A DNA stretch of 64,000 bases from Carpediemonas membranifera BICM (taxonomy: Eukaryota > Protista > Fornicata), in the NCBI GenBank assembly GCA_019828565.1, contig JAHDYR010000040.1:268-64267 (forward strand), written 5' to 3'. This document shows, one piece after another, positions 54,005 to 64,000 of the stretch; position 1 is the first letter of the stretch; each line of letters starts with the position of its first letter. The notes beneath the pieces are model-generated. The model saw only the letters and a list, made by a program, of their open reading frames with translations, did not search any database and had not been told where the DNA came from. The position numbers and the translations under genes were made by a program.

Positions 54005-54526
54005 CGATTGAGAAGAGCAAGCGCCTGTTTTGTTTTTGATGCCATAAACTGCGTTTGATCCAATCAAACCACTCTGGACCATCATCCCCGGTGACAGTAA
54101 CAGGGCCGAGGAAGCTGATTCGTTCGCCGTGGAGTAGAAACATGAGGCATCATTCATTCGCTTGGCCTCGTAGTTTTTTTCGCGAGGCGGGCGTCGGGCG
54201 GCACCGCTTTACGAGCGGCCCATAAACCGACTTAGCAGCGACGATCCCGTGACAAACCTACTAGATGAAGCTCGTGAAAGAACGGTGCAGTTCTAGGTCG
54301 ACCTGACTCGTCTGGAGCCCTCTGCGACCCCGGAACACCTGCCTCCATCCCGTCGGCCTCGACTGGTCTGGACGAGCTACAGGCTCTGCTTGAGACACCA
54401 GCGTCACCCTCCACAGCCACTGCTGACCCACGTCCAAGTGTGAAGGAGAGTCGAGGACCCGCCCCCGGTGCATCTGCTGGCGATCAAATTTAATGGGAAA
54501 ATCATGCTGCATCCCTTGCTATCATA

Positions 54527-55254
54527 CTATTTCACCACCGGCATCTCGAGCACTAGCCGACCGCCCCTGTAGTCAGCGCTAACGGCCTCCGCGTCCACCG
54601 GGAACGCGAGGGGCAGCTCTAGTTGGTACTGCCCGGGGACTACGAGCTCCACCCACTGCGGCTCGACGTCCAGGTCGATGTCCTCGATGCGGGGCTGGGC
54701 CGGGAGGGCCACGGTCAGCCTGATGGCGTCCGGTGTCCCCGACTTAACCTTAAACTGAACACTAAAATGGTCAGACCAGTTGAGGGCCTCCTTGTATGCC
54801 ACGGAGTACTCGGGGGTCTCCGGCTCCGTCTTGGAGGCCGGCCTGGACGCGGTCACCTGAATCATGGGCTTGCCCAGGGATGGGGCCTGCACAGGCTTGG
54901 TAGGCTGCGGCTGAGCTACCTTCTTCGGCTGCTGCTTAGGCTGCGCGGGCTTGCGCTGGACGGGCCTAGCGGCGGCCTTTGAGGGCTTCTGCTGTGTTGC
55001 AGACTGTGTGAACTCGGCGACCTCCTGCTGCCAGATCTTGGGGTCGTTCCTGTTCTGCTCTTCGAGCTTCCTGATCTCCTCGCTATACTTCTGTGTGAAA
55101 GGGGGCTGAGAAAACGGACCAAGAAGTTTTCCGGGTCACTGATCTGCTTGGCGTAGTCGGCAAAAAGCTCAACGAACTTCGGGTCCTTGAAGCACTCCTT
55201 TATCCTATTCGCTTCCTTCTGACTGATCTTGAAGTCTTCCTTTTCGCCGCTCAT
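54527..55254 (-). CDS. DNAAF2: Kintoun/PF13 dynein assembly factor-like (short); 29-nt intron 55091-55119
   Basis: FKDPKFVELFADYAKQISDPENFL|KYSEEI plus C-terminal CS domain (..LPLAFPVD..LVLEMPV). Confidence 0.75.
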
Positions 55255-55486
55255 TGCTTAAGTGCAGCTTATGCTAATCGACCGGGCTTAATGTGTCTGG
55301 ACGTGTGTCTTTTGGTCTTCCTCGGTCCTCGTGGGTATGTCTGCTCACTTTGTTCCCCCCTGATTGCTGGGGGAAAGAGGGAAGTCCAGATGTTGGCTGA
55401 ACAGGGTGACGTTCCGTTTATAAAGACACAGCCAAAGACTTGTCTGTGTTAATGCATCGTAAGATGGCTAATAAGACTCTTGGCCC

Positions 55487-55778
55487 TCACTTCTGCTGAG
55501 ATATGAGGAGGACGTTCTCACCCTTGAGCAAGATGGTACCGATGGGACGCTGGGTATCCTTCTTGCGGTTAACTTCTATAGCATCAGCAAGCGTGAGGTT
55601 CATGAACTCGTCGAAGCCGACAATGCGTCCCTTGATGAAGAAATCACGCATGTCTCTCAGCCAGACAGTAACGGTCTCTTTGTCCTTCAAATAGGAGTAC
55701 ACCTGGTTCTATGGAAGAATTTGGGATGAGTAAACATACTATAGGTTCCAGGACGCCCTTTGCGCTTTTCCTGTTCAT
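55487..55778 (-). CDS. SNRPE: Small nuclear ribonucleoprotein Sm E; 31-nt intron 55709-55739
   Basis: EPI|NQVYSYL..VWL..GRIVGFDEFMNLTL..ILLKGENV. Confidence 0.92.
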
Positions 55779-55939
55779 CGCTGCTGCCTCTGACCCGAGC
55801 TTCGAGTCGAAACAGAAGGAGGCCCAGAAGTTGATGGAGGAGCACCCCCGCAGCCTTCGTCTGTAGCTCGGTGATCGTGGACGTCATACATCTGGCTATA
55901 CCGGCTTCGTCCTGGATTCCCGCATTTTAAACTATCAAC

Positions 55940-57274
55940 TCAATCGACTCTGCCTCGCTTGCCCTCGTGCGTCGGCTCAACTGGGATGTGCCGCACGACC
56001 TTCCCGAAGTTGTCATAGCTCTTTCCCGCCATGACAGCGGCCTCGTCGCCCTCAGCGGCCTCCCTCACCTTCTCCATGGTGATCAGCCGCCGGCCATAGA
56101 CCTCAGTGAGCTCCTGGAAGCAGTTGGACACAAGTCTGAGGGCAGGGTGGGTGGGCAAGTCGGCCTCGGTGTAGAACTCGACAATCACCGGCAGCCAGAA
56201 GACGATGCGGCCGCCCACGGTGAGGTGGGAGGCGGCGAACGCTAGGAGGGAGACCATCTGGTTGGCGATCGAAGTGCTCTTGTTTCGCGGCATGGAAGGC
56301 GTCTCGCCCTTCGGTTTCGCCGCTCCCGAGTCTACTGTCTTCACAAAAGCACGCAGGCCATATGGTGGATCGCAAATGATTGAGTCAAATTTCCCGGACC
56401 AGATGTTGACCTTCATGTCGGCCCAGCCGATGGAGGGCCGGGGCAGGTGATAAAAGTCGAAGTTTGTGAGGATGTTCTTCTCTCTACGAACCCCGTGTCG
56501 CGTGTAAGCCCCGATTATCTTGATGTCGAGGTCAGTCCCCACACAAGTGCTGCCCCAGTGTGTCGCTGCGACGAGGATTGAGCCTGTGCCGACGAACGGG
56601 TCGAGGGTGAACGACCCCGGTCTCGCCCGGCCCATGTTGCCCATGATCAGGGCGAGCTCGGCGTCCATGGAGGTCGGCCCGAGGAAGGGGCGCTTCTTGA
56701 GCGTGTATTTGTACGGCAGCTGGCGCTGGGCGGTGTGGAGGAGCATCCCCAGGAAGACGCGGGCGGGGGCTGTCAGCTTGGAGTTCTCGCCGTAGTGGTA
56801 CATCGTCATGAACATCTTCTCGCCGTGCTTGAGGTCCACGGTGCCGAACTTGGGGGCGAGGAACGACAGCTTCTCGAAAGAGTCTCGCTTGTCAAAGAGA
56901 GACATCTTGCGGCCGAAAGTGAGGAGGTCGAAGGCCCATGTAGAGGTCTCTGGGAGGAACATCCGCGTGATCTCCTCGGCGCGTGGCCGGCACTGATCGG
57001 CAACGTCCTGGATGGAGTCGCCCACGGCCACGAACTCATAGACCTCGTAGATGAGGACACAACGGCTACACACACGAGCAACATCGTCCCTAGGGTTCTC
57101 GCCTGTGAAGCGAAGAATGGCAAACGGCCGTTCAGGCGTGAGAGGTTCGTCAATCTCGTATTTCACGCCGTACATGGAAGTAACCGCTTCAAACTCGGGC
57201 ATACGAAAGTCCAAGTGGAATTGGGCGAAGTGAATGATGCACTTAAGCCCTGATTCGGCCGTAGGACTTGACAT
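55940..57274 (-). CDS. TRM11: tRNA (guanine-10-N2) methyltransferase
   Basis: HLDFRMPEF, YTLKKRPFLGPTSMDAEL, DPFVGTGS, IICDPPYG. Confidence 0.93.
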   Translation of the reverse strand: MSSPTAESGLKCIIHFAQFHLDFRMPEFEAVTSMYGVKYEIDEPLTPERPFAILRFTGENPRDDVARVCSRCVLIYEVYEFVAVGDSIQDVADQCRPRAEEITRMFLPETSTWAFDLLTFGRKMSLFDKRDSFEKLSFLAPKFGTVDLKHGEKMFMTMYHYGENSKLTAPARVFLGMLLHTAQRQLPYKYTLKKRPFLGPTSMDAELALIMGNMGRARPGSFTLDPFVGTGSILVAATHWGSTCVGTDLDIKIIGAYTRHGVRREKNILTNFDFYHLPRPSIGWADMKVNIWSGKFDSIICDPPYGLRAFVKTVDSGAAKPKGETPSMPRNKSTSIANQMVSLLAFAASHLTVGGRIVFWLPVIVEFYTEADLPTHPALRLVSNCFQELTEVYGRRLITMEKVREAAEGDEAAVMAGKSYDNFGKVVRHIPVEPTHEGKRGRVD

Positions 57275-57510
57275 GGGCGGTGATCGTCGTATAGTCGTTC
57301 GAGTCGAATGAAATGGTAGCACAACCCCCGAAATGCCCTCGAACAGTCGCGCCCAGCTGCAACCTCCACCATTGCGTTCTCAACTTTTGTGGCAACATCG
57401 CCATTATCGGCTGACTTCGGTATGTTTGGAGAGCAACAGGTGCTTGAGGACCCGGTTTGTCCTTTATAATGTATGATAGTAGTACGCTCTTGCATGTCCT
57501 GCCTCGCCAC

Positions 57511-57927
57511 TCAGTCGAGCGCGTCGAGCTTGGCCACCTGCTCGCCAAGCACAGCTGGTCCGTTGACTCGGCCAAACTTGCGGATAACTATCCCCTTGTG
57601 GTGCTCGATGGCTTTCTTGCGGCAGGACCTGATGGTGCCGCCCTTATGGATCACGGTACAGGCGGGGAAGCGGTAGCGTAGGGAATCCTCCATCTCACTG
57701 ACGGAAGCATGCGCTATGCGAAGAATAAACACCTGAAGCGCTGGATAATGGTATACTAGTTTCGTAAACCTGGATGTAAGCCCTTTAGCACGAGCCCCAT
57801 GCCTTTGCAGCACCACATCATGCAGTTTCGCCACAAGACGGGTATCTACCTCGTCTTTGGACATTGTTTCGGTATTCTTCTTGGGTGAATAGTCAATATA
57901 GAGGTATCTATACTTGTGCCGCACCAT
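57511..57927 (-). CDS. POP5: RNase P/MRP subunit Pop5
   Basis: MVRHKYRYL, FILR, HKGGTIRSC. Confidence 0.85.
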   Translation of the reverse strand: MVRHKYRYLYIDYSPKKNTETMSKDEVDTRLVAKLHDVVLQRHGARAKGLTSRFTKLVYHYPALQVFILRIAHASVSEMEDSLRYRFPACTVIHKGGTIRSCRKKAIEHHKGIVIRKFGRVNGPAVLGEQVAKLDALD

Positions 57928-58705
57928 ATGAAGGAAGGAGTGTTGCGAGCATTAAACTGCATTGGTGTCTAAGCAGACAACAGAAGCTTCTCCAGATATT
58001 AGAATGATGACATCCGACTTGCACTGTCCATGTAAACGATTACTCGTTCAATGGGCGCGTTTTATTAACGCTGTAGCAAATCTGACAATTCGGACAGTTC
58101 GGACGAAAATGACCCCCCCCCAAGGGTATGACTCCAGTGGGGGCTCCACGTCGCGGGCTGCCCTCCCGCATACACTCGCCAGTCCCAGCAGCTGCGGGGT
58201 TGTCCAAGTGTATCATCTAGGCTCAATGTCCCAGGTCCATCTGATGTCGCGCGGTAGTCTCATACTATCCACACGTTCCTAGCACTAACTCGGGTTCCAC
58301 GCCGTACAAAGTGGCGCGGCTGTCCCGGTGTGCAGCAAGGGCCAGAGGCCAATGCAATCCCACGGGTCCGAAGACGTCGTGGCGCACAGCTAGGATTCTG
58401 ACATCATATGATGATGCGGCGGACTTACCTTGTTGCCGCTCCAGGGTCCCGTCGGCGCACCTGATTGATGTTGTTTAGTTCGGCACCGTGGAGAGACCGA
58501 AACGAAGATAGCGAGAATAAATGCGATCTAGACGTGTAGACGAAAGGGAGAACACGAAACAGCACCATAACAGCACCATAAGTGTGATGGACATGGATAT
58601 CGGGAGGAACTTTTGTGCAAGACGAATTTGGCGAATATGTGCGAAAAAGATGACGAGTTCAACCGCTCGACGCTTTTAGTGATACAGGGCACGCCTCCAC
58701 TTCTC

Positions 58706-59332
58706 CTACGCATCCACCTCTGGTCCGGGAGGCGGCAGTTTCATTGCAGGCATGGCTGAGGCGGTAAGATAGGCGGGCGTGGTGAACGGCGCCGTCTGGT
58801 TGAGCCGAGCCCTTGGCGTCGCCACATCGCTCGCAGCACTCCACATAGGGCTGGTCATGTATGGGGAGCCCTGCGGATGGAGGCGGGGCGACGGGGCGGT
58901 CTCCAGCTCTTCCCGTTTGTCAATGGGAAGGAAGTCGGGCTTGAAGTCGTAGTAGATGACCCCCTCTCGCAAATCACCGCCTGTGTTGGATCCCGCATAG
59001 CCGTGGTCCCTGAGCGTGCTGTTGTCGTCCGGGTATATGATGTTCTCTGGGTGAACCTGCTTCTTGTAGAGAACGACGCCGTTAATGGACCCACCGTGGC
59101 GGTCTTGGATCATTCGCCTGATCAGGAAGAGGGATGTGTCTACGGGAACCCGGATAGTGAAGTCTAAATAGCTCCAGGAGACGAGGCGGATGTGTAGGAG
59201 GACAATTTCTGAGGACGGCACGTTAACAGGCTCGTAGCTGAAAGGTGGGCGCGCAGGGCCTGATTCCTTCTTGCTCTTCTTCCCTTTCTTGCCCTTCTTC
59301 TTTCCTTTCTTCTTGCCGCCCTTCTTCGGCAT
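58706..59332 (-). CDS. Hypothetical protein with Lys-rich N-terminus and probable ubiquitin-like fold
   Basis: MPKKGGKKKGKK..WSYLDF..IQDRHGG..TLRDHG..IYYDF. Confidence 0.65.
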   Translation of the reverse strand: MPKKGGKKKGKKKGKKGKKSKKESGPARPPFSYEPVNVPSSEIVLLHIRLVSWSYLDFTIRVPVDTSLFLIRRMIQDRHGGSINGVVLYKKQVHPENIIYPDDNSTLRDHGYAGSNTGGDLREGVIYYDFKPDFLPIDKREELETAPSPRLHPQGSPYMTSPMWSAASDVATPRARLNQTAPFTTPAYLTASAMPAMKLPPPGPEVDA

Positions 59333-59591
59333 CACACGGTCGATGATTTGGCGAAAAACGTATCGTCACTGCGGGACAAGCATAGACATGCCACTCTGGA
59401 TGTGTTGGCCAGGCGCGGTGTTGCAGCGGCGCATGGGTCGATCATGTCTGTGCACGAGCCGCGGTTGATGACAATTCTTGAGGTCGACGGCACGGGCTAT
59501 CGGCTCTATACAACTGAGAAGGCTTCTTGAAGACTAGATAGCGACTACACACAACGAAGATATGACTACAAATCAAATCCTTTATGTCCAA

Positions 59592-60983
59592 TTATGAGTG
59601 TTCACTATTTTCCAGCGTTTGGGCGATCTGCTCGACCCGGGTGGCAATGTGTCTGCCGTATACGAAGTCCCGCATGGCCGGGAGCCGGGCCATCACGTAG
59701 TCGACCATGAAGCGGAGATCACGGGTCTCGGCCACGTCGAGCATCTTCTGCACCACGTAGTTGCCGTACTTGTCCTTAACCAGTGCTCCAAGGACCTCGC
59801 CCTGGGGCGTTAGCAGCTCTGTGATGAGGGCCTGGCGGTGGGCGGGGGAGAACTCCAGACAGCACTCGATGACGTTCGAGGCGAACTTGTGCATCGAGAG
59901 CCGACCGACTTCGCCGTGAAGTGCTGCGACGACGGCGGCTATATCCTCAGGCTGGCCCTTCTTGATCACATGGCTGACCACGTAGTTGCCAAACCGGTTC
60001 TCGGCCAGGGATATGGCGTTTTTGACGATCTCTGCAACGAGCGGGGCTGTCTGCTCTGTCGTGCCATACTCGAGAAGCCGCTGCAGCACGCGGCATGCGA
60101 ATGAGTGGGTGGAAAGGGCGTTCACCTGGCCAGGCGAGGCCGCCGCGTCTGCGATGAACTGGAAGTCGGCCGGAGTTGCGTGGGTCAGGATGTTCTGGGC
60201 GACATGGTTGCCGTGCTGGTCCTTCATCACTGTGAGAATGTCTCCCCGGAGCTGCTGGAGGAAGGGGGCGTGGGATGCGGGGCAGAGCTCAATGATGCGC
60301 TGGACAACCCTGCAGCCATACATGTGGGTCGAAAGCTGGTACACGGTTGGGGTCAGCGTCGCGACAACGTCTCTCTGCTGGGCCGGTGTGGCTCTCTCGA
60401 TGAACTTCTGCACGACGTAGTTACCGAAGGGGTCAGTCGAGAGGTCCGTGGCGTGCTCCTTCACCATGGGCAGCGCCAGGGCGAGCTCCGTCTCAGAGCA
60501 CTCGTCAAAGCGCTGCTGCACGTATCTAGACCCGTTCTGGTCGGCTGACAGGGAGTGCAGCGTCTCGACCATCTCAGCAAACGGCATCGAGAGCGCCTTG
60601 TGCCCTGGCCCGTGTCTGTGGTCCCGGCCGCGGTGCTCCATGCGGACAGCGGCCTCGTGGGACTGTATGGCGTACATCATGGGCGGGTTGTGGTACATGT
60701 GGCCCATGGCGTACTGGAGCGGCGGGGAGCCGATGCCGTTGAGACCAGGGGGGACAATCTCGCCGTACTGCACGGGTTCGGGGGACCAGACGTCGCGGGT
60801 ACCTGGTGGTGATCCGACTACCTCCATGCCATCAAAAGCGGCAGGAACAGGAGGTGAACGGGCCTGATCAATGGGCATGCCCTGATCCATCATCATGGAA
60901 GGCATCATGATCGAGAAAGGACGCCAGTTTCCAACGTTGTAGTAGTTAGTGTAGTAGTTAGGAACATTATTGTCCTGATCCAT
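59592..60983 (-). CDS. Pumilio/PUF RNA-binding protein
   Basis: Eight PUF repeats: SRYVQQ, NYVVQK, CRVVQR, NHVAQN, CRVLQR, NYVVSH, SNVIEC, NYVVQK. Confidence 0.94.
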   Translation of the reverse strand: MDQDNNVPNYYTNYYNVGNWRPFSIMMPSMMMDQGMPIDQARSPPVPAAFDGMEVVGSPPGTRDVWSPEPVQYGEIVPPGLNGIGSPPLQYAMGHMYHNPPMMYAIQSHEAAVRMEHRGRDHRHGPGHKALSMPFAEMVETLHSLSADQNGSRYVQQRFDECSETELALALPMVKEHATDLSTDPFGNYVVQKFIERATPAQQRDVVATLTPTVYQLSTHMYGCRVVQRIIELCPASHAPFLQQLRGDILTVMKDQHGNHVAQNILTHATPADFQFIADAAASPGQVNALSTHSFACRVLQRLLEYGTTEQTAPLVAEIVKNAISLAENRFGNYVVSHVIKKGQPEDIAAVVAALHGEVGRLSMHKFASNVIECCLEFSPAHRQALITELLTPQGEVLGALVKDKYGNYVVQKMLDVAETRDLRFMVDYVMARLPAMRDFVYGRHIATRVEQIAQTLENSEHS

Positions 60984-61309
60984 GAGGACGATCGTTTCAG
61001 CGTTTTGGCGAAACGCAGGCTAAGCCTTTTTTTCCAACCCACAAATTCTTTTCGCGACATACCTGCCCGAATGGACCTCAAGCAGGCTCGGGTTCGCTAT
61101 AGGTGTTTTTTTACTCAGCCAATTTTATTCTTGAGCCATTGTTATGACTACAATCGACCGGCAGTATAAGCAAATAAATTGCTCGTCGACGCAACAGGCA
61201 GCAGGATGGTGCTGTCATGGGGGAGGGGGCTTTAGATATCCCACCCCTCCATCCCAGTTAGATCAGCCTTCAACGCCGCTGGAGTGGCTTACCTGTTTGT
61301 TTTCTGAAC

Positions 61310-62280
61310 CTACCTTCGTCTGTCCTTGAACCGGGCATCGACAGATATGGCGGCGACGGGTTGGGCTGTAGTCTGGCCGTGGCCATACCGGCTGAGCGAA
61401 TCAGCTATGACGTTATCCTTCCCGGGAACGTGTGTGATTTCGAAGTCGGCTAGCGTCAGACGCCAGCGGAGGATCTTGTCGTTCGTCGCGGACTTGTAGA
61501 TCATGTAGATCAGATTACGGTGGTCCGTTCTGAGGGTTACATGCTTCACGCGCAGAAGGTGGGTGAGGGAGGGGTGCGTGAAGGCGTATACGATGGCGAA
61601 AAGTTCCTGTTCGCAGGTAGCACATCTGGTCTGGGTGGGGGTGAACGTATGAGAGAAATAGGCCAGCACTTGTCTGCCCGAGTTGTCGTTGGGAGTCTGG
61701 TAGAGTACACCTCCGGCTCCGACATTGGAAGCGTCGGTCTCGAGGGTCCAAGGAAGGGACAAGTCTGGGTGAGCGATGAAGAGGTCATCGGTGAAGAGGG
61801 ACTTAAGGGTGTTGAAAGCCTCAGTCTCGGCTGGGCCGAAGCTGAAGACGGCGTCCTTCTCTAGGAGAGCGGTAAGGGGCTTGAACAGCTCGTGGCGTTT
61901 CTCTGAGATGAATGAGGCAAAGGACTGGAACTTGCCGAGCACGGTCCTGAGCCCGTGGACATCAGTGGGAGGGGAAGCTCTCGTAGGGCGCGGGTGCGCT
62001 CAGGGTCTACGTGAACTCCAGCCTTGTCGACAATGAAACCAACTATGGGAGCCTCGGAATAGCCTATTCGGCACTTCTTTGCGCCTAGGCGTTGGCTTCT
62101 TCCAGGCGAGTGAGGGTGTCATCGAGAAGCTTGAGGAAAAGTTCCTCGGAGGAGTACATGAAGAGGTCATCGATGTACGGGTCAACCCCCTTATGGAGGA
62201 TGGGCCCGAGGATAGTCTCGATGCCTCGCTGGAAATGCGACGGGGCATTGGCAAGCCCAAAAGGCTCTCAGAATTCGCAG
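61310..62280 (-). mobile_element. Ty3/Gypsy RT-RNase H fragment (degenerate)
   Basis: FGLAN, YIDDL, ETDASNVGAGG, EQELFAI, TDHRNL, HVPGKDNVIADSLSR. Confidence 0.88.
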
Positions 62281-62305
62281 GATAAGGATCAGAGCATAGT
62301 ACAAC

Positions 62306-64000
62306 ATGGAAACGTTCAAGATCCTAAGCCTGAACACTCAGGGGCACATAGGACGAGGAAAGGACTTCACGGCATCAATAGCAACAGCAATTCAAACCAA
62401 ACTCAGAGACATTGAAGCGGTTTGTATACAAGAGACATGGAGAACAGCAAACACAAGAGTCCACAGCTTCATAGACTTCCAGTACGCTTTAGCAGGCAGA
62501 GAAACAGAGGAAACACTAGCAACAACGAACGAAAAGCGGAAAAGAGAGACCAGGTGCCAGCATCGCGTGAACAGACAACTGGGAATCACAGGTGACGACC
62601 CCCCTACACCCAAGTGGCACGGGACCAGAGAAGGCATCGGCACAATCGTAAGCCCGCATGCCAGAGCAACATGGGATGTCGGCATCACTGACAGCCTGTC
62701 AGGAAGAGTGCAGGCGAGTATTATGAGGACGAGCAGAGACATCATGGTAATCACAGTGTATGCACCCACTTCAGATAAAGGGAAGACAGTGAAAGATCAG
62801 TTCAGAGACAACATCCAAGAGATACTGGACATGAAAGGGGACATGGAAGCAATCATCATTGGGGACTGGAACATGGCCCCAGGGCCGGCACACGGAACCA
62901 CCAGGTGGAAGGACGTTATGGACAAACACAAACTCAGAGCAATCATACCAGAGAGGGGCACATTATCCAGTGGCAACACCACACCGGACTTCGCAATGGT
63001 CTCAGAGGGAATCAGGAAAGCAGAGATTCAAGTGGTCAGCTCGACAGTGCTGGGAGTATGGGGGTCGGCCCACAAAGGGGTCAAGCTTGCCTGGGAAGAA
63101 CCCCGATACAGAGCCAACAGAGACGATGACAGTGGCCTGGAAATGCCAGGAGTGCACACATGGAATATGGAAGAGAGGGAGGGCCACACAACAATCAAGG
63201 AGCTAGACAGAAACGGATCGATAGATCAGTGGGAGGAGACAATCAGAGCCTGCCTGGGGGAACCAGCCGGGGAGAAGAGAGCCAAACCACGAGAGCAGAT
63301 AGTACAAGACAGCGCATGGGCCGACCTCCATGAAACAGAATGGTCAGAAGCAGGCAACAAGGTGAGGACGAGACTAATGAACAGCGAACTGAAGAAGTGC
63401 TGGGACAAACGCAGAGAAGAGTGGATAGCCGACCTCAGCAAGAGCACAAGAGAGGGATACAAAGCATCGAGATCAATGGTAGAGGCTGCAGTCAGAAGAT
63501 GGTGGTGCGACAACCAGTACAAAAGGGATGCCTGGCAGCCTGCTCAAGGACGGAATGATCACCACGGACAAGGCCACGATCAGTGAAATCCTGCTTAAGC
63601 AGTATGCGAAGGTAAGTAGAGGCAGAGAACCAGAGTGGAAGGAGTGGCCTGGCATAGGAGGGGACGAATTCTCCAAGGAGGAAGTGAGAGCAGCCATCAG
63701 TAAGATTAAGAGAGACACAGCCCCGGGCCCAGAGAACACAACAGGGACCATGCTAAGAGAACTCAATGAGCGAGGACTCAAGGAGCTTACCAGATTTATG
63801 AACAGGGTATATAGAGAAGGGAAGATCCCAGAGACGTGGAAATACGCAACAGTGTCAGCTATCCACAAGACCGGAAAACTCAGAGTTAAGCCAGAGTCGT
63901 ATAGACCCATCTCGCTCACCCCGTTGCTGTACAGAGTATACGGTCGGCTGTTAAAGAAGAGACTGGAGAAGGCCACCAAAAGGTTCATACCCAGAGAACA
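62306..64000 (+). mobile_element. Non-LTR (LINE) retrotransposon, APE endonuclease + RT start, frameshift between 63483 and 63586; runs off the window
   Basis: SLNTQG, CIQETW, VYAPT, GDWN, PDF, SAH; then TAPGPE, IHKTGK, YRPISL; purine-rich plus strand. Confidence 0.9.

Noticed and set aside
59561-61153. TATGACTACAA direct repeat flanking the PUF gene (possible TSD) and a 57-bp TGTT..AACA solo-LTR candidate at 61140
   Set aside because: Short match, no poly(A) tail or TSD; could be chance
1-64000. rRNA, CRISPR arrays, prokaryotic operons, non-standard genetic code
   Set aside because: None seen; conserved genes end at TAA, TAG and TGA and translate normally

Overview
Gene-dense, GC-rich window from a eukaryotic protist. 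Its tiny introns, Giardia-like WGTAAA 3' signal, flagellar genes and anaerobe-type laterally acquired glutamine synthetase point to a free-living fornicate metamonad, e.g. Carpediemonas-like (inference only). About 38 host genes lie between 722 and 60983. They include TFIIB, HMG, RPAP1, PSMA5, SPEF1, DET1, apyrase, BBS5, IPK, RapGAP, Mdm34, SF3A2, DCN1, UAP1, RPN7, DNAAF2, SmE, TRM11, POP5 and PUF, and ALL are on the minus strand. Many spacers are patchworks of short retroelement scraps (Ty3/Gypsy, DIRS, gag-like), nearly always on the plus (antisense) strand. A young intact chromoviral LTR element (11879-17188; identical 124-bp LTRs, GAGC TSD) is nested in older elements, and a LINE begins at the right end. 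Reading the sequence by hand gave ten 28-54-nt introns with an A almost always at -6 from the 3' end, one of them apparently GT-TG. It also gave a recurrent GCAGTTTA upstream motif and two micro-genes absent from the ORF track, one a 3-exon, 38-aa Gly/Cys-tailed peptide. Further finds are a 161-bp hairpin element with tRNA-like arms, a patchwork copy of the apyrase gene and several oddly partial conserved proteins. All family calls rest on motif recognition from memory; no searches were run.
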